Part shown: positions 12,984 through 26,246 of the stretch, piece after piece | Numbering within the stretch: position 1 is the first letter of the stretch | How the letters are laid out: the number at the start of each line of letters is the position of its first letter | Program-made: the position numbers and the translations under genes | Assembly: GCA_951406725.2 (NCBI GenBank) | Contig: OX597829.1 | Span: forward strand, 2,108,001-2,172,000 | Origin: Octopus vulgaris | Taxonomy: Eukaryota | DNA length: 64,000 nt | Direction of reading: 5' to 3' | Notes under the pieces: model-generated | What the model was told of the DNA's origin: nothing | The model's input: the letters and a program-made list of their open reading frames with translations, nothing else | Database searches by the model: none

Positions 12984-13780
12984 CAAATTTTATATGTGGT
13001 ACTTATTCTATCGATCTCTGTTGCCGAACCGTTAAGTAATGTGGACGCAAACAAAGCTATACCGCTTGTCAGGCAGTGGTGAGGCACAAACGCAAACACA
13101 TACGCACATGCATATACACAAACATACGCACACACACGTCGAGCTTCCACACAGTTCTTGTCTACCAAATTCACCCATCAAGATATTGATCAACCGGAAG
13201 ACAATTTGTCCAAGATGTCGCGCAGTGGGACTGAACCTGAACCCATGTGGTTGTAAAATGAGCTCCTGAATTCGTTTTGAGCTTCTTTTTTTTCCTAACG
13301 CAGTCACTACCATTTTGAAAAGACTTTTATAAAATTTCAAGACACTTCAAAGAAGTATGTAAACACTGAGAGATTTGACTGTTGTTTCATGGAAGCTGAA
13401 CGTCTCTTTAGAGTCGCTCTTGCTTCCCTTCCACCACCGTATTTTCATGTACTTTGGCAGCCATGGAATCGTGACGTATGCATAAATGGGGTTGCGTACA
13501 ACGTTTTTCTCTCACTTGCACAGTCGCTGGTAGCAAGCGTTCCATGGCCATGGCACCATCAAGCATTTGCACACGTGAAATTCTTTATGTGCATACATAC
13601 GTGTATACACACAGAGACACACACTTATATATACATGTGTATATATACATGTGTATATATACATGTGTATATACATATATTTATACACACATATATACAC
13701 ACATATATATACATACATGCGTACAGACATACAAACATGCATATATAGACATACACACACATACGCACACACACATACAC

Positions 13781-13832
<52 letters not shown>

Positions 13833-14160
13833 GTGTGTATGTGGATGTGTATATATATATATACATACATGCTTACATGCACAAAACGCACATATATACA
13901 AACACATACATACATACGTACATACATTCGTGCGCACATACCTATGCACATAAATTAATAGACACACACACATACACACACACACATACGCACACGCACA
14001 TACACACACGTGCACACACATATACATGTGTGTGTATGTGGATGTGCATATATATATATATATATACATGCTTACATGCACAATACGCACATATATACAG
14101 ACACATACATACATAAGTACATACATTCGTACGCACATAAATGCACACACACGCACACAC

Positions 14161-14202
<42 letters not shown>

Positions 14203-14664
14203 GCACACATTACACACACTTCTATTTCGTTTTACTTCTCTTTATGTTTATTTCCCTTTTATTATTCAGATTCTTACTTTATTCATTTATTTCACTTACA
14301 GAAACATTTTCGTAATTAGGTTTAGAATTACGGAAAAAAAAGGAAAAAACGAAATTTTCTCTTCTTTTCTTTTCTTTTTTGCAAAAAATACGTTTATTTC
14401 CGGATTATCTCAAAGTTCTCTGTAATTGTTTTTTTCACATATTGAATAAAATTTTTGGATAAAACCTGCCTCGATTCCATCATATTTATCTTTGTTTCCA
14501 ATTCTTACCGTTTATTATATTTTTTATTCTTCCTTCTTTTCCTTTATGCAATTCCATGCAATTCCATATTGTTTACGTTTTATTGTTAAATAAATCCTAT
14601 ACACCTTTCCGACAAAGAGGTTGGTTTTGATAATATTATTTCTGTTGTGATTATCGTTGTTGAT

Positions 14665-14666
14665 AC

Positions 14667-14711
<45 letters not shown>

Positions 14712-14781
14712 CATCTACATCATCATCATTATTATTAGTATTATTATTATTATCATTATTATTATTATCATCATCATCATC

Positions 14782-14843
<62 letters not shown>

Positions 14844-14913
14844 CATCTACATCATCATCATTATTATTAGTATTATTATTATTATCATTATTATTATTAT
14901 CATCATCTTCATC

Positions 14914-14960
<47 letters not shown>

Positions 14961-15028
14961 CATCATCATCATCATCATTATTATTATTATTATCACCGTC
15001 GTCATCATCATCATCATCATCATCGTCG

Positions 15029-15060
<32 letters not shown>

Positions 15061-15127
15061 GTCATCGTCATCATCATCAACAGCAGCAGCAGCAGCATCA
15101 CCATCATCATCATCATCATCGTCATCG

Positions 15128-15162
<35 letters not shown>

Positions 15163-15185
15163 GTTGTTGTTGTTGTTGTTGTTAA
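14665..15185. repeat. Compound (ATT)n/(ATC)n microsatellite
   Basis: Seen directly. Confidence 0.95.
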
Positions 15186-15452
15186 TGTTATTATCTATTT
15201 CCAAATATGTATTTAACCGTTTATATAAACTTTGCTTTAAACATATTTATTTTGCATTTATCGGTGTAATGTTATAAGGTGAGTGTGTGTATTGGTGCGT
15301 GTATGCATGTGTGTGTGTGTGTGTCGTGTGTATACATACACGTGTGAATGTAGAAAAGTATGTTAGAGTATTTGCATTGAATGCAGTTGTGTACGATTGT
15401 TTGTGCACCTGTATACATGTGTACGTGCATAAATATATATACGTACTCACAA

Positions 15453-15862
15453 ATGTATGTATGTATGTATGTGTGTGTGTATATGTATGTGTATGTATGT
15501 ATGTATGTATGTATGTATGTATGTACGTATGTATGTATGTATGTATGTATGTATGTATGTATGTATGTATGTATGTATGTATGTATGTATGTATGTTTGT
15601 TTGTATGTATATATGTATGTATGTATGTATGCATGCATGTATGTATGTATGTATGTACGTATGTATGTATGTATGTATGTATGTATGTATGTATGTATGT
15701 ATGTATGTATGTATGTATGTATGTATGTATGTATGTATGTATGTATGTATGTATGTATATATGTATGTATGTAAGTATGTATGTATGTATGTATGTATGT
15801 ATGTGTGTGTATGTATGTATGTATGTATGTATGTGAATGTATGTTTATATGTTTGTATGTAT
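15453..15862. repeat. (TATG)n microsatellite
   Basis: Seen directly. Confidence 0.95.
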
Positions 15863-16543
15863 GGGTAGGATGTTGTTCTATTTAAAATCTTCCTATGGAG
15901 AAACAGAGCTCCATCGTTGGAATTTAAAAAAACAACAGCATTAAATGTTACATGTTGAATTTGGGAAAAGTTTTGCCTATTTTCTTTTCACTTTCTTGAC
16001 TGAGAACCGATGGTATTCCAGGTTACAACTGAAACATTTATTAACATGGCCAAGGGCGCCAAAAATTATCGATATAAAATGTGAGTACAGAATCTGGGTA
16101 TATATATTTCTTTATTGCCCACAAGGGGCTAAACATTAGAGGGGACAAACAAGGACAGACAAAGGGATTAAGTCGATTACATCGACCCCAGTGCAAAACT
16201 GGTACTTTATTTATCGACTCCGAAAGGATGAAAGGCAAAGTCGACCTCGGCTGAATTTGAACTCAGAACGTAATGGCAGACGATTTCACCCGGCGTGCAA
16301 ACGATTCTGCCAGCTCGCCGCCTTAGAATCTGGTTATATAGAAGTTACAGGTTTCGAAGCAAATATCTATAAACTTTCGAGTTTTCACTGATTTTGGACG
16401 AATTCCTTACATCTACAGGACCATAACATTTTTATGACTGTACATGACTTTCGCGGCATTTCTTGTAACTATTTACGTTTTGAGCTCAAATCCCGTTGAA
16501 GTCAACCTTGCCTTCCATCTTTTCGGGGTTGATAATATAAAGT

Positions 16544-17195
16544 TCAGAGGAGAAGAGTAGAAATTACCTCTTTTTCAGCTCTACAACAATGTCCAGCAAA
16601 CTGGACTCTCCTACCTTTCACAAGAGATGATACAGGTAGTAATTTCCCATATATTTGTACTTTGGTTGGATGACGCTTCCACGAGAGATTTTGAGTTCTC
16701 AGAAGGAGGCGAGTGTAGTTTCCATCCAACCGCTTCTCAAGCTTCTTTGATAACGTCCAGGTTTCTGAGACATATAGTAGAATTGGTTCAACTGTGGCTT
16801 TGAAGACTTGAAGTTTGAAATCTCTACTTAGATTTGATGACCAGATATTATGCATATCATTACAGGCTGACCAGGCCATACCCTTTCTAGTTAGAAAATC
16901 TTTTTCAGATGATGATATGTATGACCCAAGATATTTGTAATCAGAAACCATATTTAAGAGCGTATTGTTGAGAGTATGGATGATGGACAGGCACTGTTGG
17001 ACAGGCACTTTGTTTACATATTCAGTCTTCTCCCCTTCTGCTCGCGATACCAGAGGGCGCATACTCTCCCACCCTGATGTAATCTCCAGGGATACAGACA
17101 TCCAGCAACAGGACCTCCGTAATGCTATGATGGACCGTGAAGTCTGGCGTAACATAGTAAATTCCATTGTCTCGACCACGGTCGAACAGTGTTGA
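16544..17195 (+). mobile_element. RTE LINE copy with 5' inversion (16544-~17030 antisense, ~17034-17195 sense), 14-bp TSD
   Basis: Same family as 43440-44977. TSD TGATAATATAAAGT at 16530-16543 and 17196-17209. Inserted into a degenerate SINE. Confidence 0.88.
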
Positions 17196-19271
17196 TGATA
17201 ATATAAAGTATCTGTGAAGCACTGGGGTTGATGGTTTAGAATAATCCTTTCCCTTTACAATGCTGGTCGTGTTCCACAATTTGAAACCATTTTCCTAATC
17301 TAAACAACTATATCAGAAGCATTTGCAATTCTAAAAAGTTTTCATTCGGTAAAGGTTATGAAAGATAAATTCCACCAATATTTCTTGTGTTGAAATGCAT
17401 GTACATCGTCAACAGGAAAACTACTTTCTCCACTTCTTCTGAAGATATTTTCTTGCAGATTGCATGTATATTGTCACAGTAACAACATTGTGTAGCATCA
17501 TGAGATCATGTTATGGACGTAAACAAAGAGTCTCGCTTCAAAATTAATTGGTTTCGAGTTCAGTTGGAATTGAATTAAAGTTTTATGGGTGAAATTTGTT
17601 GGACGGAAACAGCGTGGAAACACAGAGGAAGAACGGTCCTTCGTCCTGAGCAATAGGCTCAATACATCGCTCGATTTAACATCTCTCGCATAGCCTTTTA
17701 ATACCTTTAGCGAAATTTGCTTTGCTACAAGAATTCATATCAGGTCTTCGGGCTGGAGATAACTTCCTAACTTCAAACTGTCCAGTCTCGGAAATCCTGT
17801 AACAAAATAAGTCTAAGAAACTCACCTAACCCTACTGATTTGATTAAGTGATGTAAAGAGCAAAAGTGCCTTCAGGATATTTTGTGGGACTTGTTTGTGA
17901 AGTTTCCAACTCCCAAGTAATATAATCGGTGTTTTCAATAGCATCGTGAATAGACAATCTTCCGTGTCTATTTGTTAAACAGGTAATTGGATTGTAAAAA
18001 TCACATCCTTTAAACGGTTGCAAATCTTACTCTTTCTGTCGATGCTAGCCAAGATCTCCAAGTTTAATGAAAACATACAGATGCATGCCTTCTTCTTTTC
18101 TTTTTCTTTTTATTATGCTGGGTCTCTCCTTAGAGTCTAGGTTGAGATAGTTTGGTTCAACAGTTTTAGTTTCAGATTCACCTGGAAATACATTATTAGG
18201 TGAGTACTTGAGTAATTCATTGCTTGTCACTAAGAGGTTGTTCTCTTCACCTTGAGCTAATGAGTTATGAGTTTGTATTTTGTGATGTTGATTAATTATT
18301 GCTAACTAAGTGATATCAATGCCACTCTCCAAAAAGGTTGTATGGTTGACACTTACATGACATGGCAGTGTGGTGATACTTACTATACTCGTAATCTGTC
18401 TGGGCTGATCCTAAACTTCTTCCCCTGTTTTTTCTTCTGCGATCGAGCTAGTCAATACCACTGTCTCCGTTAGTTTCTAGACCTTGTAGGCTTTAATATC
18501 TCTGGAGTAGATTTCTTGTTAAGCCAGCGCCCTACAAAATCCGATTCTATTCCAGCCCACTGTACACCATATAGCATGATTCTAAACTATCAAAGATATG
18601 CCGGGAATCGCATCGGTTTACCTATCTCTGTCTATGCCACCAACGACAAGTATCAACCTCCTTGACAATACCTTCAACTTTGTGATTAACTGAATTATAT
18701 ATGTGAAGATCTTTATCAAACCCATTACACAATTTCAAATCCTTCTTCTCGGTGCTGTCACTACCATCCAGTTTCCAGTGTTCTGCTTGTTGCAATAGAC
18801 AACAAATAAGGCAGAAGCGAATACGTCTGCTATTTAATAATATGGTTAGTGTGGCAGGCCATCAACCTTTGATGATTTGTCTCCACAGCTAGTGATCATT
18901 TCGTCTGCTGAAGTCGGCTTTTCATCCTTCATTCCTGGTTGAGAGTCGCGGTAGGCCATCGAAGTAGGCGTCGAAGTTCAATATCTCCACAGCGACACTC
19001 TTCATTCGGTCAAATGTTCTCGGAAAGCAGTAGATATTTTATTGGAATTGGATAGCAAGAGAATTGTGACCCGTAAAAGACTGGATAGTGGCTTTGTTGC
19101 TATATTATATGTCTGCCACATAGGCTCATCAAACGGCTCTCGTGCTCTTGCGTTTCGGCGTACGTGCTATGACACGAGAAATACATCTTTCGTGTTCCGA
19201 GGCGATAAAATGGTCGAGGGCCATTCTCAGCGCTAGTACATTATTTGTGATGCTTCTCCCATGCATCTCTC

Positions 19272-19687
19272 ACCATCATTGTTCGACCGTGGTCGAGACA
19301 ATGGAATTTACTATTTTACACCAGACTTCACGGTCCATCATAGCATTACGGAGGTCCTGTTGCTGGAAGCCTGTATCCCTGGAGATTACATCAGGGTAGG
19401 AGAGTGTGCGCCCTCTGGCATCGCGAGCAGATGGCTTCCAGAGGAGAAGAGAAGAAATTACCTCGTTTTCATCTCTACAACAATGTCCAGCAAACTGGAC
19501 TCTTCTACCTTTCACAAGAGATGATACAGGTGGTAGTTTCCCATATATTTGTACTTTGGTTGGATGACGCTTCCACGAGAGATTTTGAGCTCTCATAAGG
19601 AGGCGAGTGTAGGTTCCATCCAACCGCCTCTCAAGCTTCTTAGATAACGTCCAGGTTTCTGAGCCATATAGTAGAATTGGTTTGACT
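19272..19687 (-). mobile_element. 5'-truncated RTE LINE 3' fragment
   Basis: PILLYGSETWTLSKKLERRLDGTYTRLL...IVSTTVEQ* is nearly identical to the C-terminus of the 43448 ORF. Confidence 0.9.
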
Positions 19688-21150
19688 GATTGATTTACTG
19701 ACTGATTTACCAGCTCCTCCTCTTCTCTAATGATCTCTGCCGCTACTTCTTTCAAAAAAAAGCTACGAAAGTGCATCTTTCTATTTAGCGAGACCCCACT
19801 ACCTGACGCCCTATGTCATTTCCTACTGAACCAATTCCGTCATCCGGTCTTTGACAACTTTATTCGCGGAGAATGATGCGTTCGGCTTCTAGTTATGAGC
19901 TCCTGCCTCTTGGTCCTCTCTTGGTTGATTTAACATATCACGATGTTGTGGTCAGTGTAGTCAACTTCACGAATCTGTGGACAACTTGACCTTAAATCCT
20001 ATCGACTTACTTCAAAATTTTAAGTACCAACAGAAAGATTCGGTGCGATTTGTCCACATTAACGCACTAAAGTTTCAAGATAAAAGCTGTCAGATATTTG
20101 GAAATACCTGGACAGGTCTACAAGGCCTTTACTTGCTCCTTTCCTTTCACCTTCTCCCAGACAATTCATAACGCTAACAAATGACTGTGTTGTTATGATT
20201 GGTTGTATTGTTGCTGTTATGCTGGCAGAAACGTCAAAGCGTCGGAAAAAATATATTGTTCGCAGTATTTGTTCCGAATATTTAGGTTCTGAGTTCAAAT
20301 CACTCCAAGGCCAACTTTGCCTTTCAGCTTTTGTGGGTACGAATATGCCAATCAGTTACTGGAGCAGATGTGATTGCTGGTCTTATGTCAAAAATTAGAA
20401 AATATTGGGCACGCCTGAAATTGAGGATAAGGGGACACTCGACTGCATCAACTCCAATGCTCAACTGCTACTCATTTTATCGACCCCGAAAGGATCACAA
20501 ACAATATCGATCACGGCGGAATTTGAACTCGGTGATTGCAGGGAAAAACAAGAAAAACGAGAATTACTAGAACATGAAGAAGCATTATTCAACAAGGAGT
20601 TACACAAACAACTTCATGTGACCACAATTCAAGTTGCAGGAAGACATAGATAGGACTCGTTAAAAAAAGGGAACACTTTAAAAGGAGATTTTAATCGGTA
20701 TTTTCATTAGCATCATGAATAGACAATCTTCTTTGCCTTTCATCCTTTCGGGGTCGATAAATTAAGTACCAGTTACGCACTGGGTCGATATAATCGACTT
20801 AACCCCTTTGTTTGTTCTTGTTTGTCCCCTCTATGTTTAGCCCCTTGTGGGCAGTAAAGAAATAAGAAGTCTACAACAACAGGCAGAAAGGGGAGAATTC
20901 GCAGTTCTATAAAAAAGGAAGTGGTTGTCCTCCAACAGGAAGTCTTTTACTTTAACACATACAGAAGTGGGAAGCGAAAGTAAACCTAACTGACCGAATG
21001 CAAGATACCGTACAGTTTCTTCTGTGGTCATTTACCCAACAACCCAGTAGATGTACGTTGTAGGTCGCTTGCACTTATACAGCACACTCTTCCATACTGA
21101 TAGAAAAGAAAGAAAAAGAAAACAAGCGGATCGCCTGCTTTAATGAATAA

Positions 21151-21439
21151 CTAGCTGAGATACCCGGCGTTGATTGGGAATTAAATGGCGTAATTTTTTT
21201 ATTCTTCTACTTGTTTTGGTCATGTGATTGCCGCCATGCTAGTGCACCGCCTTTAGTCGGATAAATCGACCCCAGGATTTATTCTTTGTAAGCCTAGTAC
21301 TTATTCTATCAGTTTGTTTTGCCAAACGTCTAAATTATGGGGACGTAAACACAGCAACATCGGTTGTCAAGCGATGGTGTGGGTACAAACACACATACAT
21401 ACATACATACATACATACATACATACATACATACATACA

Positions 21440-21475
<36 letters not shown>

Positions 21476-21515
21476 TGTGTGTGTGTGTGTATGTGTGTGT
21501 ATGTGTGTGTGTGTG

Positions 21516-21576
<61 letters not shown>

Positions 21577-21969
21577 TTTACTAGAAAGCAATACTCTCGT
21601 ATTGCATTACTATTTTCATTGAAACTTCTTCACTATTCTCGTTCTGTTAACGTTTTGGCGTTCAGACGAGTGTACTGGCATAGATGTGGCAACATTTGAA
21701 ATGTTGTCGAGGTATATGCAGCTGATGAAGACAAATTAAATATACGTTGGCAAACGTATTTTGAAGAGTCTGAAACCGGTCCTGCATTATCCGTTTCTAG
21801 GTTTTTCATTTTTCAGATGTTCTTCCTACAGGTAAGACAATTTTTTTCATGTTTGTTGCACACACGCATCTTTACTAGTACATACGCAGTGAAGCTATAC
21901 ATTAGCGTCGTATTTATTACGTTCGCTATTTTCCAGTAAATATCGGTGCTTCGTTGTGCCATTTATTTA

Positions 21970-22051
<82 letters not shown>

Positions 22052-22715
22052 AACAGATCGACTCCAAGACTTATTCTTAGTAAGCCTAGTAGTTATTCTA
22101 TCGAATACTTTTGCCGAACCGCTAATTTACGGGGATGTAAACACACCAACATCGGTTGTCAAGTGATGGTGGGAGGACAAACACAGACACACAAACGTAT
22201 ATATATACATATATGTATACATATATATATACATATACATACATATATATAAACGTATATATATATACATATATATATATATTTCCGACTACCAAATCCA
22301 TTCACGAGATTTTGGTGGGGCCGAGGTTATAGTAAAATACACTTGCCCAAGGTGCCATGCAGTGGGACTGAACCCGGAACCGTGTGGTTGGTAAGCAAGC
22401 TACTTACCACGTTACTTTTGTGGTTAGTATCACGCTACTTTCAGTTTTAACAGTGAAACTAGTAAAACTGAAAGTAGCGTGATACATTACAATAGAGATG
22501 TTATTGTTTCACTTTTGACAGGTAATGTTGAAATAGTGTAAGAGATAAGAGATTGCTCCGGGCTCGCATTAGGCAAGAATTTGAAAATGTTATGGGCCCA
22601 TGACACTGCATGGACCCTAAGTATGGCATGTGTAAAATTTGAATGAAATCGGTAGGGTAATTCTCGAGTTTTAGTGATGACCACACACAGACAGACAAAC
22701 ATTCTCAGTTGTATA
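21151..22715 (-). mobile_element. Probable Helitron scaffold disrupted by nested SINEs and a Penelope-like insert
   Basis: Minus-strand 3' end CCCAATCAACGCCGGGTATCTCAGCTAG|T at 21151-21178. A Helitron-like 5' end (..GAATGTTTGTCTGTCTGTG) lies at ~22500-22715. Confidence 0.45.
21716..21787 (+). ncRNA. Type I hammerhead ribozyme (Penelope-type)
   Basis: Stem I ATGCAG/CTGCAT; core CUGAUGA; stem II AGAC/GTCT with inner hairpin ATACGTT/AACGTAT; GAAA; palindromic stem III ACCGGU; cleavage triplet GUC. Confidence 0.82.
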
Positions 22716-22719
22716 TATA

Positions 22720-22799
<80 letters not shown>

Positions 22800-22814
22800 T
22801 GTGTGTCTGTGTGT

Positions 22815-23425
22815 GGAGGCGCAATGGCCCAGGGGTTAGGGCAGCGAGCTCGTGGTTGTATGATCACGGTTTTGATTCCCAGACCAGGCGTTGTGTGTTT
22901 ATTGAGCGAAAACACCCAAAGCTCCACGAGACTCCGGTAGGGAGTGGTGGCGATCCCTGCTGTACTCTTTCGCCACAACTTTCTCTCATTCTTTCTTCTG
23001 TTGGCCTGCTCGCTTAGCCAGCGGGGTGGCGTCATTATCGCTAGGCCTAACTCATCGTAAAGCCAATACCACCATGACCGATATCCAATCTACAGTGGAG
23101 AAGGCTAGCCACTGGATTCGGTTAAAAAGAGACGATGAGCGATGGCTAGAAGGATATTGAACTTAACTTGATAACCAGCTGATCTAGCGAGCGGGGCCTT
23201 ATATCAGTGAGGTGGGGCCGGTGCGCACTGATGCCGTCGAGAGGTAGGCCCCGAAACGGCGCACTTTCTCTCCTGATGACCCCATATACTTGCTGGCTTC
23301 CGGTATGCGAAGTTTTTGACAGGTAGCACTTGCATGTGCAAGCTGTTTGCAAAACATCGAAGCGTATTGTGACCAGCGATGTGTAGCAACATCTGATAGC
23401 CTGGTCGGTCACGATGATCACGGTG
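22815..23425 (+). mobile_element. SINE family 3 (tRNA-derived) split by a ~315-bp insert; further pieces at 1918-2045 (-) and 45246-45432 (+)
   Basis: Head GGAGGCGCAATGGCCCAG.GGTTAG...GATTCCC and tail CCTGGTCGGTCACG(G/A)TGA. Confidence 0.8.
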
Positions 23426-23434
23426 ATTTTTTTT

Positions 23435-23643
23435 TCTTTTACTTGTTTCAGTCAGTTGACTGCGGCCATGCTGGAGCACCGCCTTTAGTCGAGCAACTCG
23501 ACCCCGGGACTTATTCTTTGTAAGCCCAGTACTTATTCTATTTGTCTCTTTTGCCGAACCGCTAAGTTACGGGGACATAAACACACCAGCATCGGTTGTC
23601 AAGCAATGCTAGGGGGACAAACACAGACACACAAACATACACG

Positions 23644-23703
<60 letters not shown>

Positions 23704-23865
23704 CGACGGGATTCTTTCAGTTTCCGTCAACCAAATCCACTCACAAGGCTTTGGTCGGTCTGAGGCTATAGTAGAAGACACTTGCCCAAGGTGCCACGCA
23801 GTGGGACTGAACCCGGAACCATGTGGTTGGTAAGCAAGCTACTTACCACACAACCACTCCTGCGC
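23435..23865 (-). mobile_element. SINE family 2 (tRNA-derived, CORE-like, internal microsatellite), full-length
   Basis: Head GCGCAGGAGTGG.TGTGGTAAG...GGTTCAGTCCC, then CACCTTGGGCAAGTG and an internal (TA)n(TG)n tract. About 15 related copies (e.g. ~1560, 8215, 11000, 12690, 21200, 22050, 28870, 29800, 39780, 42000, 51090). Confidence 0.85.
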
Positions 23866-24313
23866 ATTATATATATATATATAATGATGATTTCAAATTT
23901 TAGCGCCAAGCCACTATTATTTTTTTAAGAAGGAAGACCAGTCGATTACATTGACCCTGGTATTTATTTTATCGAACCCGAAAGGAAGAAAAACAAAATC
24001 GAACTCGGCGATATGTGAATTCAGAACGTACATTATCGGAAGAAATACCTCTAAGAATTTTGTCCAACGATTTTGTCTAACGATTTTGTCTAACGATTTT
24101 GTCAAGATGTCACCTTAGTAAGAAAAGTAATATGCGCTTCTGTTATATACAAGGGCCGCTATTTGAGGTAGGTGTTAATGCCGATTATATGACTTCAGAA
24201 TTTGACAGAATTTATGTTATCGATCCTGGAGGGATGAGAGATAGAGCTGACCACCAAGGAATTTGAACTCAGAGTACCAACTGTTGTGATGAATACTGCA
24301 GAGCAATTTCTCC

Positions 24314-24739
24314 GGATCTTTTCGGTTTGAACGGCAGTTTTTTTAACATAATTTCTAGGTACCTAAACACTTTTAAACTTCGTATACTGGTAGAATGTGT
24401 TTATAAAACATCTTTTTCTCTTGGCTTTATTGAGAAAATTCTATAGTTTGTAAGATATTTGTTGTTTTTTTTTCTTCAATTTCTGCAATTTCAACCAATC
24501 AGTGACGTCTATTGAGGTGAAAAACATTCTGTGCTGTATGAATATATCCCTCGATTAAGAAACAGATTGGGTTTATTTACATTTGTGAACAAAAAAAGAT
24601 ACCCTTCCCCCCACCCCTAACCCTAACCCTAGCCCTAAAACATATTGAAATGCAATAGATCGATACTAGGGTCATAATTACGTGTGACAATTTCATATGA
24701 CACCGCTAGAAAAAACTGCCGTTCAAACCGAAAAGATCC
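24314..24739. mobile_element. Merlin-like MITE family A
   Basis: Same TIRs. Perfect TSD ATTTCTCC. CCCTAA repeats. Inserted into a degenerate SINE. Confidence 0.88.
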
Positions 24740-24791
24740 ATTTCTCCAGCTCTTTCTCGTTCTGCCCACGCTACACACGTATGTAATTATT

Positions 24792-24850
<59 letters not shown>

Positions 24851-25193
24851 ATGTGCATGTATGTATATGCATGCGTATAAATAATGTGTGGAACTTTGAG
24901 AGTATAAAACAAGATTTTAAAATATTCACTACATGCAAGCAGATGTAATGCATTGATGTCTACGTGTGTGCATGTATGTGTGTGTATGCGCGCGAGTGTA
25001 TATATAAATGCACCTACACACACACATATATATAGACACACATATACATACGTGTATATATATTTTTATACATGCATTCATATTATATACCTCTGTATAT
25101 GTGAGTGCGTGTATGCATATATATATGTATGTATGAATGTATGTACGTACATATGTACTCTCCTCCATTGCACACACACACACACACACACAC

Positions 25194-25252
<59 letters not shown>

Positions 25253-25294
25253 TATATATGAATGTATGTACCTGCATATGTACTCTCCTCCATT

Positions 25295-25334
<40 letters not shown>

Positions 25335-26246
25335 GTGTGTGTGTGTGTGTATGTATGTATGTTTGTATGTATGTGTGTACGAGCATGTAGAGAGGAAAGA
25401 GAACGAGAGAATGAGTAAGTTAGTGAGAGAAATTTACGCAGCGCATGCGCATGCACGTGCACACACAGTTGAAGAACCTCACGTGAATTCTTCAGAAATC
25501 TAACAGAATTCGAATTTTATTTTCTGGACGTCATAGGACTACGTGTGTGTATGTGTGCGCGTGTTCACGTTAATGTATGTATGTGTGTATGTATGTATGT
25601 ATGTATACGTATGTGTGTGGGCGTGCGTCAGTTAATTTCATGTACATTCCACGTTCCCCTAAAAATAAAATAGGATAAAATAGAAAATGGACTCGTCCAT
25701 ACGTTAACTCGGGAAAGAACGCTGAATGTCTCATTTCAAATTTTCAAGGCAAAGCAAGAGGTATGTAAGTCGAAAAGAAATGGTTTGATATATATACGTA
25801 TATATATGACACAATAGTAATAACAATAACAATAATGATTTCTTTATTTCTTGTTTATTAATGGTGTCGACGAGATAAGATTTTGGCATTCGTTTCCTGT
25901 CTCTCTCGCGGTTAAACATTTTATCTGTATCAAAACCTGACAACAAAATATATCTGAAAAAAGAAGAGAAGAAAAAATAATTATTACAATAGTACAGTAA
26001 CAATAATAACGACAATAACAACGAGAGTTATTTCTAACATTTTGAAATTCCAGCAACAAAAACAATCATAATTATCGTATAATATTAACAACCGTCGCAT
26101 TATTTTTATTTATTTAGTAATAATAATACTTTGACCGTGTTTATATATATTAGTTACAGGACTGAATAGCGTTTGGTTTCTACTATAACTGTAACATCAT
26201 CGACAAACATTTCACGATTTTAGTCTTATAAACAATTGGAGAAATT

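Noticed and set aside
14524-15277. Asp/Asn-rich ORF resembling an acidic biomineral protein
   Set aside because: Pure (ATC)/(ATT) microsatellite, open in multiple frames.
17700-20000. Host exons in moderately GC-rich unique-looking sequence
   Set aside because: Only short broken frames with weak LINE endonuclease-like words (ISVYA, TDHNIV). Probably decayed retroelements, too weak to call.
22815-22890. tRNA-like heads (also 36396, 43260-43325, 51690-51745) as tRNA genes
   Set aside because: No complete cloverleaf; where traceable they continue into SINE bodies.
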